From: Fimbriosthenelais zetlandica
Taxonomy: Eukaryota
NCBI GenBank assembly: GCA_977030845.1
Contig: OZ365114.1
Coordinates: 26,412,001-26,476,000 of the forward strand
DNA length: 64,000 bases
Direction: 5' to 3'
Part shown: positions 12,400-26,760 of the stretch, in pieces
Layout of the letters: the number at the start of each line of letters is the position of its first letter
How positions within the stretch are numbered: position 1 is the stretch's first letter
Translations under genes and position numbers: made by a program
Notes under the pieces: generated by a model
The model's input: only the letters and a program-made list of their open reading frames with translations
What the model was told of the DNA's origin: nothing
Databases searched by the model: none

Positions 12400-15300
12400 G
12401 CAATGCAGATTGCTATTTTTTATATATATATAATATGAGAATGGGTTCTTCAAAATCCTATATACTGACGCGTTTGTTTGTTTCACGTCACTTTGTACTT
12501 ACATGATGAATGTATCTAGCTGAAGAAAGATTGAAGGAAGACATGATGATTTAAGCCTCATGACTATCCACTGAACTGTTTACTGAGTATCACTTCGTTC
12601 TAGCTATCGCCCTCAGGAATGATTATGTCTGACATACAACAGTCGTAAGTCGAGAAGAAGAAGTGTTAGAAATTAGTTTTTCAAGTTGCTGATGAAGCAA
12701 TGAACTAGAGAGAAGATCTATTTCTCAGACCAAAACATTTACCGACCCATCCGTACCAAGTGTCAGCCTCCCCCAGCCTGGGAAGCCAGAGAAAGCGAGG
12801 CAGAGATAAGGCTGAGGACACAAAGCTGGAAGGTAAAGGTCAGCGCCCACATTGTCACTGCCTGGCCCATGATTTATAACCAGCCATATCAAATTTCTGT
12901 GTGCAGGACGACAGCCCGTTGGCGGCTAATACCAAGCTGTGTCAAAGACTGATTCAAACGCCCGCTCCCCTAGATGAGTGAAAGCGGGATGCTCTAATCA
13001 AAATAGATTGTTTCCTACGTGTGTGAGCTGGGGGCGCTAGTGATGCAGGTATGTGTGTTGGCCCAGACGTACAGAGCGGCGGTGGATGGGGCTAGGTGCA
13101 GTTGGGACAATCCTGGCAAAAAGGAACGTTTTGATTCTGTTGATGTATTGGCATTATAGCCCTTGCATTACAATCTTCATTATATGAAATTGAAAGATGG
13201 TCTCCAGTTTTGTCCTAATTGCTATCATAGCATAATTGATTAATTTTGTTCTTATAAAATATCTTTTGGTTGTCAACGATGGATGATCGGTAAAATGAAG
13301 ACTGCATGACTGAACGGATGAAAACATCAACATTATAGACTCTCAGGTGCCAATGTAATTTCAAAGCAAACATTTTCTTCTCTTTTATGTTCAGTTTAGT
13401 GGATGTGACTGTTCTCTGTGGAGCCTTGGGCTGAATATTGGAGAGGCAGTATGAACTCAGTGAACGTTTATATAGGCTGGTATAAAAACAACCTACAGAT
13501 GAAGGGATAGAAATGTGGAGCAGTTGGACTTCAGAATGTTTTGCATGGACAGGGCAAGAGACAGATAATAATGGACAGGAAGTAAGGGATGGATAGTAAC
13601 AGGAAGGGACAGAAAGAGGAAATCCATGAACTTATTGAGTTATGGAGAGAAGTGACAGAGAATGGCATTGACTTGCATGCGTTGACTGCTCTTATATTAT
13701 TATCCCTTTATTACATGGTCTTTCTTTGCCAGATCTCTATCGTAAGACTGCTTGAAGGAGAGAAAGAGGAGGGAATGAGGGATAAAATATGCAGGCCTTG
13801 TTGCGGTGGCCATGAACTGGCAGACTCTGGTAGAGACAGGGTGGGTGGGTGAGTGAGTGGTCTAGAGCGGACAATCTGCTGTTATTTGTTGTCATATTAA
13901 TCATTGTTTTGCTCAGCCTCTTATCATTTTCTATGGGGGGACACTGATAGGCTGAGATAAGGGAGCATGTAAGGCAGGGCTGGCCGGGGGTGGGGTACTA
14001 TAGGGGACGCCGGTGATAGATCAGAATAGAGGACTAGATGGAACCAGCCAACTGCTATAGCATCGTTTGGAAGGACCTTCAATAGCCAGGAGAATAAGAA
14101 ACCATTCTACGATCAAGGACAGAGAAATTTGAGAGGAGCAAAGGACACCAGAACAAAAAGTGCAATGCAGAAATGGCCCTCGGTATAAGAAAGAGAGAGC
14201 TGGCTGGACCTGACAAAAGATCCGAGGGTGATACAACCCTGGATGGCACGAGAGAAGACTCCAAAGTGGACTACAAGTAGCAGGAAAAGGTGGTGTTACC
14301 AATTGCCCTACTTCCTTTAACTACGTTCACCTTTTGTTGCCTCTCGAGGTTCCGGGCCGCCGGTATAGCCTCTAGAGAAAGGCTTGTTCTTTATATCATA
14401 TAAAGAGTTGACCAGCCAGGGGAGAGTGCCTTACACTGACTGGGGAGTTGAGTCCAGGATGTGGCAGCGATCAGTATGGCACGGTGACTCTGATATTAAC
14501 GATAGCCCAACGAACCCCCTCTCCCTCAGTCCCATGTGTCGTTTGGGAGGGGAGAGTGGTAAACAACTTTTGTTTGCCAGATAAGGGCAGAGCAGGGCTG
14601 GGTAGGTCTGTGATTGAGTTAATCAGACTCCGCAACTTGAAGGTGACTGGGTTTGAGATTAGAGTGTTCAGCCATCTGGGTGACAGAGCATCGGCCTGCT
14701 CCTTTTCCTCTTGTGAAAGCTTCCACTGAAGCGACCAGCTCGACCTACGACACCGTTACGCTAGGATGTTTTCACGAGGATAACTCACCATCCAATAATG
14801 ATGGTTGGCGACAAAAGCAGTGCAAATAATTGGCAGAGAAGAGGAGACTGGTTGGTAAGGTAGTGCTTAATGTTGCCTGCACCCCCTTCAGATCGATCAA
14901 GCATGCTGGCAAGTCATGGCCATTTACCTCACATAATCTTAGTTCTAAATCGGTGTCTATGATACTATCGCCCTATGTTACTTATTCATGGGGATTCGCT
15001 GTTTTGCTGGGGCGTCGCTCCAGCGTGTAGTGACGCACATGGATCTGTCATCTGGGGAAACCCTGGAGGAGCAGGGTCTGGCTGTTGTTGTCTACAGGAG
15101 GAAAAGGCAAGAGGTGGCAGGCAGGGCTGAGGCGGGAAATCAATAAGGCTATTGCGAAGGATACGGGCTTAGGCATGAATATTGCATGGTGAAAATACCA
15201 GCCCGGGACGGTCTCGGTGAGGGGCAATCAGGCTGGAGGAAGAGGAGAGAGCAGGAGAGGGAAGAGAAGAAAAGGGACAGCCAAGAGAGGATCCTAGGCA

Positions 15301-15450
15301 GGAAGAGGAGGCTCCGGAGGAAGATGGGGAGGAAAGCATGAGAGCAGAGGTGCAGAAAGAGGGTTTGGTATTAGAAGGAAGGGCTGCAAGGTCCGAAGAG
15401 AAAATTAGATAATGGAGAGGCAGAAATGAAAAGGGAATATTTGGAAAAGA
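12400..15450 (-). mobile_element. Decayed near-full-length CR1/L2-type LINE with SGNH-esterase-like ORF1
   Basis: Minus strand VT*GDSII at ~14958-14981 (esterase GDS motif of CR1/L2 ORF1), CPYLANK ~14570-14590 (RSLANK-like endonuclease start), H*RPQL 13025-13042 (NYRPISL), AGYKSWAR (GFRxxHST-like). Confidence 0.55.
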
Positions 15451-15491
15451 AAGATATACATGTAATATTTGGAAAAGAAAGATATACATGT
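15436..15491. repeat. Perfect 28-bp tandem duplication
   Basis: aatatttggaaaagaaagatatacatgt x2. Confidence 0.95.
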
Positions 15492-16699
15492 AATAATTCT
15501 TAAGGGTTGGAGAAAGGAAGGATAATGCAGATCATTAATAAACTGCGGCTAAAACAAATATATATTATACGATTTAGGTTTAAAGAGGCATGGTAGATAT
15601 GAGGGGAGATCAGTAGAGATCTGTGGAAAAGATAAGGAGAATGCGTTGGGGAATGAAAATGAAGATGTCAGAAAATAGCATTGTGAAGAAGGGACGGCTG
15701 GTGAATAGCCTTATACCTAGACTCTCTTTCTCTTCATAGGGGTTGCTTCCGTGGCCGTCTGAACGTCATCACATACAAGAAGACGTAAATCAGTAATGAT
15801 GGCCTCAGACGGCAGCAGAAAACATGGCCGCAGGACGGTGGCGACACCCTGCGCCCACTGTCCCCACAACTTCTGCTTTTCATCCCCTGCCTCCACCACA
15901 CCTCCTACACTGACGTCCGATTCAATTTGGAGACGTTATAACGTCAATATACGTCCGTGCTGCAGCCACCTGCTGGCCTGTAATAGAGGAGCTAGCGTAC
16001 GGAAGCTACTGGCGAGGCAGCAGCATTCTATTTCATGTATTTTTCTTGATTCCGACTGGCTGCAGCCTAGAGCAGGTTTGCACAGCTCTTAGCAGCTAGA
16101 CTGCAGCTTACAATGACCAATAAGTGTCGGATTGACCCTCTACCAAGGCACCATCACTACCCAGTTGGTTATCATTCATCAGAGCTCTATATTTAGCTCT
16201 TTCTACCCCTTACTCTTATCTCCTATTTATTTTCTAAGAAATACCACTGAATTTATGGAACAGAAACCATTTTAAATCGGATAAAACAGAGCAATTGGTA
16301 GATATCTTTACGGCAGGGTAATATTTAACAGTTGGCCCTATTTAACTCTTGCCCTTTCCTCACCAAACAAGCCTTGCAAACACTCGGAACCAAACGTCCA
16401 ATGCTCCCCCATCCTCTCCCTGGCACCGTCCCCTTCCCCTTCTATACTCGACATTCCCACCTAACCCAACTCATATCCTTTCCACTTATTTCTGATTGCA
16501 AGTGCAATATAGAGCCAGTCCTCAAAGGGGACCTTGCCGTCCTATTGTACGCTGGTGAGGTGAAGCTGAATTCTCGGTCATCCCAGCAAAATGTCCTCGC
16601 CTAGTTAAGGTTATAAGCCTTGACTCAAGTCCCACACCTCATATCCGTCCTACGGCCTGCCTATTTCCATCGCGCTCCCTCACTTTCTACCAACAACAA

Positions 16700-18720
16700 G
16701 AATTACTGCCATCGCTGGAATGGTTTCCAAAATTCACCTCCCTTTCGCCCAACCATGGCGACTGTGTGAAATTTGCTGGCGAGTGGTGTGTGCTTGAGTA
16801 AGTGGGGGAGAGAACTGCATTGGGGATATCACTTCATAATGGATTTGGATGTGGGGGAAAGGATCTGGGGGATTAATAATAAGAGGTGTGTGGGAAGGGC
16901 ACTTGGTCTCCAATAAGCTTAAGATGATTGCATTCTATGGACTAGGTTCCATTCATTCTGGAGGGTCACATAGAAAGACCCCATCCAGTGCAGGGTTAAA
17001 TTCCCGCCTCCCAACAGTAGACTCGTTGGCCTTTGAGAATATGTACTGTTCGTAATAGATCAATTCCACACACATTCTGATGTGTCCTATATTACATTTT
17101 TTCCCACCATTTGCATTTCCATTATTGCTATTTGTCTTCACTTGTGGCGGCGGTTTGGTTGTGGTTTTCCAGTTAATCATCACTGCATTTCTACCATTAA
17201 GTTCATTTCAGTACATTTCTATAAATTCTATCAGGTTCGCTCTGAAAATAATATGCGCGCCGCTAGCCCATAGAGATGTCATTGGCAAATGGATCGCACC
17301 TTTATTATGAAACAGATTTACCTGGCATGTTAATCCATCTAAGATTAGCGCGGCCAGTCACCCATCTGTCTTGGGGAGTGACCGTTGATTTACCTTCTCA
17401 GATTTCCCCTCTGCTATATACTGTAAGCGGTAGTAGTATATCAAAATGGGATGATTCTCCAGGATTGCCCTTTTAACTCTTTACCATTACAATGCCTATT
17501 CCCAAAATCACTGAACAGCTATTGTGTCTAAACAGCTTTTCTTAGTATAATATTGTCAACAAAAATCTCCAAAGGGGTATTTACTGAATGGGAGCATTCA
17601 TGCGTGGTGGCATGCGAGCATGGATTATTTATTTGATGTGGGATGATTTATAATAGCAGGTATAGCGTAATTCCCTCCCCTCTCCTACTCCATCATACCC
17701 AACCAACATTATTTCATCCCACCCGGCAGACGACAAAGTAGATCAAATACGACCTTGACAATGTCAGACGAAAAGGTCAGCCTATGCTAAAATGATACCA
17801 TTCCTTCGCCCCTTAATTTTTGATGAGTCATTCATCTTTTACCGACAGCGGAAGTGGACCACGCGAGAAGCACGGACATGGATCACGTGGTGCGAGAGTT
17901 ACAGTGGGAGAGTTGTATTTACATGGATCGATTTCATTGATAGAAAGGCACTTCACGCCTTCATAGGCTGTGCGAGATTCTACGCGAGTGACCGATGCCA
18001 GCCAATAGCGGGTTATTTAGCCAAGGGGGACCTATGCTCGAAGATTGATTTGCCTCAACCGAGGCAGGAAAAAGGTACGCAGGACTAGCAAGCTTGACAG
18101 GAGGGCTGTGGAGCATGCCTTCCTCCTACATACACTATTCATGTTACTTCCAGACATTTTTAACAGATATCTCATCTTCCCCATCTCTTATCAGTTCAGT
18201 GATTAAAACCAGGGGTATCCTCCACTATAGGAATATAGCATAGAAAGAACTTGGTAAAGAATATACGACATATAAAAGGACGAATACTTTCAATATAGCA
18301 TAGCGAATCTCCATAGAGTTCTTAAAGGTCCAACTATATGAGAGGGAAAGATGATTTTATCAGATGATTTTTTTTGCATGGGATTACTGTTGGGGGTATA
18401 AATTCCTTCTTCATCCGCGATAATGTGGTATAGGAAGGGGGCCTATAGTGAATCTGATCAGTACAGAAAGGGAATTCATATAGAGCGAGTAGCACCAATC
18501 TAAACATTGCTTCTCAAACAGACGTTGCTTGGCCTTTAACTTCCGGTGGCGCCGCCTGCCGGTCGTTGGCCCGGTATTGACCTAGTTTGGTGGATTGGAA
18601 AAAAGGATCAGGTCGAAGATCCTTCATTCTAGCTGCGACCTGGAAACTGTATCGACTCCATGACAGATAAATAAAGGAAGCAAATTCCAATCATCGAAAT
18701 GAGAATGATTTTTCAGCTCT
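16700..18720 (+). mobile_element. Decayed Ngaro-type (DIRS order) retrotransposon: CCCH ORF1, RT, RNase H, tyrosine recombinase
   Basis: CHRWN..CEIC 16707-16780 (CCCH finger); GLGSIHSGG..MYCS ~16940-17050 (RT N-terminal part); WITWCESYSGRVVF and TDAS 17991-18002 (RNase H); SDQYRKG 18453-18473 (SKTDQFRKG) and SFILAAT 18620-18640 (HSFRIGAAT) of the YR. Confidence 0.75.
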
Positions 18721-20949
18721 ATCTAGCCCGCCATCGATATAAAGAAGTAGACTAGGTCTCCTTAATTCTTCTAACAGCGAAGTCATTCTTCCATTCATTT
18801 CAACGATTTACTAAAGTACCAACACTTGTCCTAACTAGGATATGATTTAAGAATTAATTTTGTGTTATGTTATCATCCTAATTCACGGGTTTTACATCCT
18901 ACATCAAGATTTATGTTACTCCATCTATTTGAATCTTCATTTTGCTACAGATCTCAATTTCCAATCCAATTTCAAACTTCAGGGGTAGGAAAGGCACCCT
19001 TAACCTCTAGTTCTCAGTCCGCTGGCCCAGCAACCTTTTGAAGTTTAATGCTTTTTAATCTCTTCCTTGTCGCTGGCAACCACTGTAGCTTTTTTCTTTG
19101 AACGCCAATCTAACCATTTCGTTTTATCCCGTCATAACAGAGAGACAGTCATAGTAATTTCACAGTGAGGCAAGGCTAATTCATTCACCACAAAATGGAG
19201 AGCTTTGAAAACAAGTCCCTACCTTTGACGGCCACATTTTTTCCAAGGTTTTTCTTCATTCAACAGTTAGACTAAAAACTCAGATACCAAATCGGTTTCA
19301 GTTGAATCAATTTTTGTTGATTAAGGGTTATTCTCATTGAATAAGACATAAGGAATGTATCATATCAGAGTGCGTTTTCAAGAACGCAAAAACAATATTA
19401 TATATGACAAACTATATACTTTAAATACCACTCTAAAATTAATTGTATTATCTACAATTATGGGATAATCCTCCTAGATGCTGTTGCAAATATGTCTGAA
19501 TAGTTCTTGCGGAAAAAGGTAGCCATTTCCTCATTCCAAACACAACGAGGACATTTAACCCCCGCATAATGAAACATGATTTTCATATAAAATTGAAGTA
19601 AGATAAAGGTCGATGAAGGTAATTGAACCTGGTCCGTGTATCTACTAATGGTAGGAGCATGTATTGATCTATAGTCCCTGCCATATGGTACTATCTCATA
19701 GATTTAACTCGTATATCTATAACTGTATCTTCCATTCCTTATCAGGACAAAATCCAATACTGGCCGCCAGCTAAAATGGCTTCACATATGGCTTCCAATA
19801 CTGACCCCGAGAGATGCTCACAAGATGGATTAACTCTTAAAAGTAGGTCAGTCAATGTAGGCCAGAAAACGGTGGATTATTCTGAGTCCTTTAATAAAGA
19901 CGAAGATTTGAAAGTCTGGGGTCATGAACTAAACTCGAAGGGCATGGGTTAGCTTTGAAATGCTTTCATTTGCTCTGGTATAGTTTAAGCTACGTCTTCT
20001 GATCTTAATTGAAGGGCTTGTGGTGCAGATAGAGAAATAATTTACTGACTATGGGATGACATGTTGAGGCAATCAGACCTTCATCTCAGCTAGTCATAAA
20101 CTTAATTCTCTGCATGCTTGTACATTTTTGCTGAGTCATCAAGGGGAGCAGACGTAATGTAATTATGCAAAGATTTAAATCTATTTCCCTAAAATACTTC
20201 ATGGACATCACAGCTAAAAGACTGCCTACTTTTTACAAGAGTATATCATATATGTAAGCATACAGAAGTGAGTGTCTAATTGATTTAATGAAGTCCTGTT
20301 TGATTAAATGACTCGGAGTCTTAGCGTCCTTCCCGAGATGATTAAGTAGACTTCTTAGGGCCTAGAGGCAATCAATGTACTTAATTTCCTTCCCTGACTG
20401 GTCGACTAATAGATTCATTACTATGTCTACCTATGACACCTTTCAACTAATGTCCCATACCCACCCCACAAGGGACCAAAAACGAGAGAAAAATCAACCA
20501 CTGGTGAATCTATGGGAAAATATGGTAAATTTTTCCATAGAAAAGGCTAATGAAGTTTATTTTTTTAATGAGCAGGTCCCTGGTCAAACTTGCTTAAGGC
20601 AATAATTACGAAATTTTTTAGTTTTCCATTGAAATTTGGGATCATTTTCATTGGCTCCGGGATCTTGTCAAAACCATCAGCTGTTAAGATGCTGAATTTA
20701 CCCCAGGGGAAACAGAAGACAGAAAGGAAAATATGGAGATAAGAAATAGGAAATCACTCATGAATCAAGATGATGAGAGAACTTTAAGGGAATCTTTCTC
20801 AGAGAAATGAGAGGAATCTGTTCAATATTCATTCATATTGTTTTCAAAAGAGAACGACAATCTTCAGTGATCCTGAATTCAAGAACAAGAAGGAAAGGAG
20901 AGGAGAGGAGATAATGAGACAGGGAGCTGAGAAGGGGATAGTAGAGAAA

Positions 20950-22580
20950 CTACTGAGTGATAACACTAGACACAGCGCCCACTTGATGCTATATATAGTA
21001 GCCGGCTATTTCTGCCTGGTTTTGGAGCACCCAATACTCCTGGGTTCTATAAAAGTGCACGTAAGTGAAGACGATTGTATTCTTCCCCACTCTTCACTTC
21101 AACTTCACGGCTGGCTTCCGCTTCGATTCTTGCCCTGCGCTCGATCAATTATCGACGATGAACTCTGTCCCACATCCCAAGACTACTGAGCCAAGGTGCC
21201 AGCTATAACAATATTCTCTCCAAGCACTAAACTAACCTAAATTAATCATTACAAGTTTGGGAGGGAGATAATCATTTAATGGACCAAAAAGCTGCCCAAT
21301 TCACAGTTAAAAACTCCAAAATTGTTGATGAAACAGGTCTAGACCAATAATTATCCAATTTACCATTCAATTAGGGGAATAGACGAAAAAGATGCATGCA
21401 TGCACCTTGGACAAATGGGTATAGCTTCAGAAAACAATGTTTTATACCTGGAAATATGACACCATACAGTCATACAGGGATACAGGTATATGTTTGTTCA
21501 AGTCATACATGCACATTTTTTCAGGATGCATCATCTCTGGAATTGATTTCAGCTGTATACATATACGCCTGACTCGGTACCATTCCCAAGAGTCAACAGA
21601 AGGAAAGGGAAACTTGGTATTGGACAGGTTTCTGTTTGCCTTATTGGACCCATGTCACTTATAAGCACACAGTGCACAATACAGAGGCCCTCTTCTCATA
21701 TCTCTCTATAACCAGCCTCAACCCACCATAATACAGCACGCCCCTTCACCACCGCCATATAAAATTGCCTTTTTCACTCAGATGTATATGAGGTCAATTA
21801 AATATACATAAGAGTAATATGATATGAAATATATCCCTGGTTATTGTAATCATTGCCCCAGTCTGTTTGATCTTCTATCGACACTCTCATTGCCTTTTTC
21901 AGAAGCTGATATTTTTATTTTCATTTCTATCAGAAATATTTTTTTCTGCCACCGAGTTCCTGAATAGCACAACTATTCAACGGATCTTAGCACAAAACTA
22001 AACTTCTATATCACACGCCTGACACACTTACCACTGCCAATATCCGCACTTAAGAAAGCTAGTTGTCTATAATGAGTATCTGTGAGAATACTTCAGAAGT
22101 ATTGCGAAATGCCACCGGAATGGGCCAGACAATGCATTTCCGCCAATAATCAAATGAATGGATTTCAATAGATACCCATTGGTCGCTATGCGCTCCATTC
22201 TATAAGACCACAGGTGAATGGTACTGGCGAGACATCTCGTTTTATATATTGCTTACCTGTGGCCAGAATTCAGGACATGGACCCAATATATCAATCACTG
22301 CTTGTCGCATACGCTTTTATTGTGATCCATTCAACAGATGCTGCTCTGGCCGCAGCAGTAAAGGCCTGCCTAGCTTTCTTTAACTTTGCTTGAATAACAA
22401 GAAGAGAATGTCTTCAATAATAAGTCCAGTGGTTTGCTGCTCAGCCATCTCATAGATCACACCGCTGTCCCTCCCCACCGCTCCCTCCCTGACAGCTATA
22501 ACACTGGAGAATATTTCACAAAAGAATTTCTCAAAAAAGTGAGGTACCACCCTGAATTTAGATGCCATGTAATCTTGAAA
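20950..22580 (+). mobile_element. Decayed Penelope-like element (RT + GIY-YIG)
   Basis: PNTPGFY 21030-21050; LSNLPFN (LYTNIP); FYTWK..Q..TG..SYMHIFSG (ORF 21437; Q-GTAMG..SYANIFMG); WYWTGFCLPYWTH ~21617-21655 (WxRYIDDIFxIWTH); FIYCL-CGQ ~22244; EFLKKVRYHP ~22524-22553 (C-terminal WIxxLxTxxPxGLN). Confidence 0.7.
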
Positions 22581-22713
22581 AAGAGGAATTTGCATGAATA
22601 GGGTTCTTCATTGTGTATTCAGGTTACGTGATGTGGGAACCTTTTCCTTAAATCAAGCATCATTCATTAATCATGAAGGCCTGGCTTATTTCTTATTCTT
22701 CGAATGGCAGATT

Positions 22714-24660
22714 TCAACTTACATGGAGATTTTTAAAGCAAGCACTGGCAGTACATTTCAATGACTTTTCTGTAGAATGATTTCCTAAGTTTAACATACA
22801 TGGATTTGTAGAAGAATTAATGACAGCACGGACACATTCCATAAAGTTCATTTTAGTCTTGTCTTTGATGTCCTCCGGGGCAGCTGGAACCTTATCACTG
22901 CCCAATCACTCAGCGAGGACTCATTTTACATTTTACAAAATGGAGGTTCCTTATTCCCTGAACGATTGTTAAAATGTTAACCAGAGAATATAACTGATGA
23001 AACCACATAAAGGCTGCCTTTATATTCATCCACCCACTGCAGTCAGACGCCCAAAAATATCTTGGACATTTCTGCAGGCTTTCCTGCAGGAACCAGGAAG
23101 CATTAATATCTTCCCTGCAGTGTGCTTAGAGCTCAAAATAGGTCAATTGTCCTCGTTCTGCGGGAAGTGAGTGGACAGCAAGGACCTGAGGACCTGAGTC
23201 AAAAGGCAGGATGGCGCCCCTTTCATGGGGCACTATATATCATAGGAAATTCCCATTAAACTTTAACAGGCTCCCGCAAACACAGCCATCTCACTTCTTT
23301 TTAAAGAGGCCTTCTGAACACAAGCAGGGGCCCGTTTCAGAGTGCAGCCATTAGTTCATATATAGACTTTAGACTGGTGAATGTAGCACATCTATGTTAC
23401 ACAGCAGGACTCAAATTTCCTATAGTGGAGAAGGGATCATTTATATTTTGCTTTCTAAGACAAATTGTGTACTTCCTCACAAAAATATATATGGTGTGTG
23501 GGCAAATTGGGCAGCTGGCAACATAATCGAGATATTTATGTTTCCATATCCTTATAGACTGAATAGGCCTAATTAAGCTCACAACAATGCTTAGAAGATT
23601 AAGAATGGATTCAACACAGTTTTTTGTTTTAGAAGTCTAAGTGACGATGTCTGTGTGAGACTCCTAATCATGATGACAAGTATCTTTGTAGCTGTCTTTG
23701 TAGCAGGGTGAACAATTAACCACCATCTTACAGTTTCTCTTGCCTTTCTCTTTACATTTCCCCAACAACATCACACATACATAGCCTAAACAAGATCAGC
23801 GGTTCTGTCCTTTGATGAGACAAACAGGATGACAAAAGGAAAGGCGAGAGGCAGATGTGGAGGTGAGGACTGGTGACCTAATCCTTGCTGCTGGGGCAGA
23901 TGTGCGGTATTAAGGAGGTAGGAGAGGTAGGTGAGAGATGGATGGTGAACCATCTGATGCCCAGACTCTAACTACTCCTATTATCGCCCGTCTGGGAGGG
24001 AAGTGTCAAATCCCGCATCAATAAAGCCAGGCATACTGGATTTCACATGGCTTTGCCACAGGCAAGAATAGGTGCAATTATCAATACTTTACTTTACCAT
24101 CCAAGATGTATTCTTAGTTCTTCCTAAACTTGTGTCTTTTTGCAGACTTTAAGAAATTATAATCGATGCAGACAATTCCCATGTCACAAACAGAGTTAAG
24201 AGAAATCTTTTATCAATTTTAATTAATGCAAGTCTATTTGATAATTTGTTTGACGGAAATGATTTGTGACCATGAAGTAATACATCTCAAGGTGGCCTTC
24301 CGATGTTTAATATCGACCACACAGAAGCATGGACACATTCACTGCGGAGCACCTTGAATTTAAAATAGATGAAGCTAATTGCCATAAATGAGGTAAGGTA
24401 ATGAGATATTTCCATACTGCCAACTAATGAGTGGAACATTTTTTATTATCCAATCTTAAGAACATCCACGAGGAGTTCTTACCAAGGGAATACCTCATAA
24501 TATTGAGGGAGGTCAAACTTTTAATGGAAGAGCGCCCTTGGATCTCCCTCCCGCCATTGACACAGCCTTGGCCTCTACAAATGAGCAATTTCGGAGGGTA
24601 TTCATAGGTCTGCAATAGCAAGCACAGGCTTGTTATTATACATCATCCTTCCTTCCATCT
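22714..24660 (-). mobile_element. Decayed Academ(X)-like DNA transposon (XPG/PIN-like domain + C-terminal Cys cluster)
   Basis: ORF 22714-22905 VPAAPE..SSTNPC..KSLKCTASAC (PAAPE..CSTxRC..GLxCTxxC); upstream KAAFMW (RAxYQAxIW), VVRVWASD (VxVxSxDTD), IITSLCLLLQ ~24610-24645 (IIDGMALLQ). Confidence 0.55.
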
Positions 24661-26564
24661 CTTTCCATCTCCCAATGTTATTTTATGATGAAAATAAAAC
24701 TCCTCCCCCATCTCCGGCTATACGTAAGTTTCGGCTCTTGTATTGATTCGAGTATTGAAGTCTACTCGCTCCTCGAAATCACCCACCATTTTTGTTATCT
24801 CTGACCTAGCGGGATCCAAACAAACTAGCTATTTTAGGAAGGTACCAATATGAAAGATGTTGGGGGATGCTTTAAAGGGAGTTATTTAAGCGATTTCAGT
24901 TCTGAATCAGGTCACTCCGGCCAGTGACATCAATATTTGGGCTTCACGCGCCATAAGAAAGCACATACGTCAGATAAGACCCTGTGATTATTCTTCAAGA
25001 TTTGATCGCTGTAGGCGAATATTTATCCCAATCAATTGGCGAATGAATTAGACATGACTCATCACTATTGTCAGAGTCATTTGTCGGGAAATAATCACTA
25101 GGGTAAATGAGAGGAGATTTGAAAGCACTCTTAACTCATCTTTGATATTGATTAAAATATCAATTGTGGCCTTTTAGAGATCATTTCAAGCTAAAGACTC
25201 CTGGGATTTCTGGATCATCACAATCCCTCAATCCTCCCCCGTCCTCCCGCGCATGCTCTTTGCGTCTCTTTTTCTAAGTAGGACTTGTCAGATTGACCCA
25301 TCATTCCATCAGTGAGCATGCGCAATAGATGATGACATAATGCGATTTCTAACCGTCAGATGGGGTTGGCGACATCCTCGTCATCTTAGTTGGGACGTGC
25401 ATAAAACACGCTAATGACGTCACACGATTCCGGACGACATTTTGGGGAGACTGACGTGGAATGACATCTAGCGGAAGATGTTTGAAGAACACGAAAGGGG
25501 GATACATGTTATTTTGGTGTGCGGGGCCCGAAGAAAAAAACAAGGGTAATTGCAGTTAAATTCTAATTTTAGAATCAAAGACAACTAGGAGTCCTTTTCT
25601 TATTCTTAATGACGACTGATATGCATATCTTAAAACATAACTCACTGCCTTCAACCAATGCGACTAAGGTTCAATTTGACTCCATTAAGATCTATGTCAA
25701 GCAACTAGATCATCAGCTAGGCTTTCCCAACCATTAATGATCAATTCTCAATTTCTCTCTGGCCTTGAGTGATTGGGGAGCCACGGCTTCCTGGGACCCT
25801 GGAGCAGTAGGAAACATTCTTCAGTAAGAATCATCTATCTGGTTCCCGTGAGACTAGTGCCTCAGGTCCCACCTTCCGCATTCCAGCCCTGAGGACCTTC
25901 ACACATGGGTTAGTACTCCCTGAGGGCCTGGACCTTCAGCATTAAACCAAGGTTCACAGCCCTCATGAGGTCCCTTTATATCACACTTATTTCTGATATT
26001 ATAAAGAGTTGAGTGACTCTTCATGCTGAGGGCGTGAACAGCGCATCAATGTGAGGTAATCAAGACGGCAATACCTTTCCCATTTGGTATGACTGAGAAT
26101 TTAAATTCATGTGTATTAAGGTTGAGTAGGCAAGACAATTTCCAATTCATAAGAAAACAAATATCAAGATTTCCGTGGAGGCGGGAGATCCCTGGGACTG
26201 AATGTAATCAGGGGAATGGCCTAAAAAGGCGTAATTAGAAAGGATATCTTAGAAGGGATCCGCACTGCACTACTGACTTATTTTCTCTGGGAAGAAGAAG
26301 CAAATCCTAGCCATAAGTGATTTGTGAATGGGCGATTAAACAGGTCATCATTTCATCACGCTGCTGTGACTGATATAGAAGAGCTATAAGTTGTCGTGTC
26401 TTGACGTGCACGGCTGATAATTCCAGCCTGAGTGGGTGGTTATGAGATATGAAAAGAAACCATGAGTGAATCACCCAAAGACTTGGCAGAGAGCAGAGAG
26501 AGGAGAGGATGAGGTTGGAAAGAGAGACGGGAAGCCCTGAGCCGTCCAAGTCACACAAAATCAC

Positions 26565-26760
26565 GCCAAACCACGTCACGCAGTCTCGCGCTGATGAGAT
26601 TAGCCCCAAAGAGTCAGGTCCTCTCGCGTTTTCTCGCCACGTGCGAGACCTCAGGGTCACATGGGTATTTTGGATTCAGGCCTTGGTTTCCATAGCTACC
26701 GGGATGTAAAGTTTTGTGTCTTGTCAGCGTCTCTCGCTGAGATCTCGCCTCTTGTTATTC
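26565..26760. promoter_or_regulatory. CpG-rich promoter-like island with 6 TCTCGC half-sites, E-box and RFX X-box
   Basis: TCTCGC at 26584, 26622, 26632, 26732, 26743 and GCGAGA at 26643; CACGTG 26638-26643; GTTTCCATAGCTAC 26686-26699. Function is inferred only. Confidence 0.4.

Noticed and set aside
13025-13042. CTCF-like GAGCTGGGGGCGCTAGTG
   Set aside because: Its reverse complement is the decayed NYRPISL codon run (H*RPQL) of the surrounding LINE RT, a simpler explanation.
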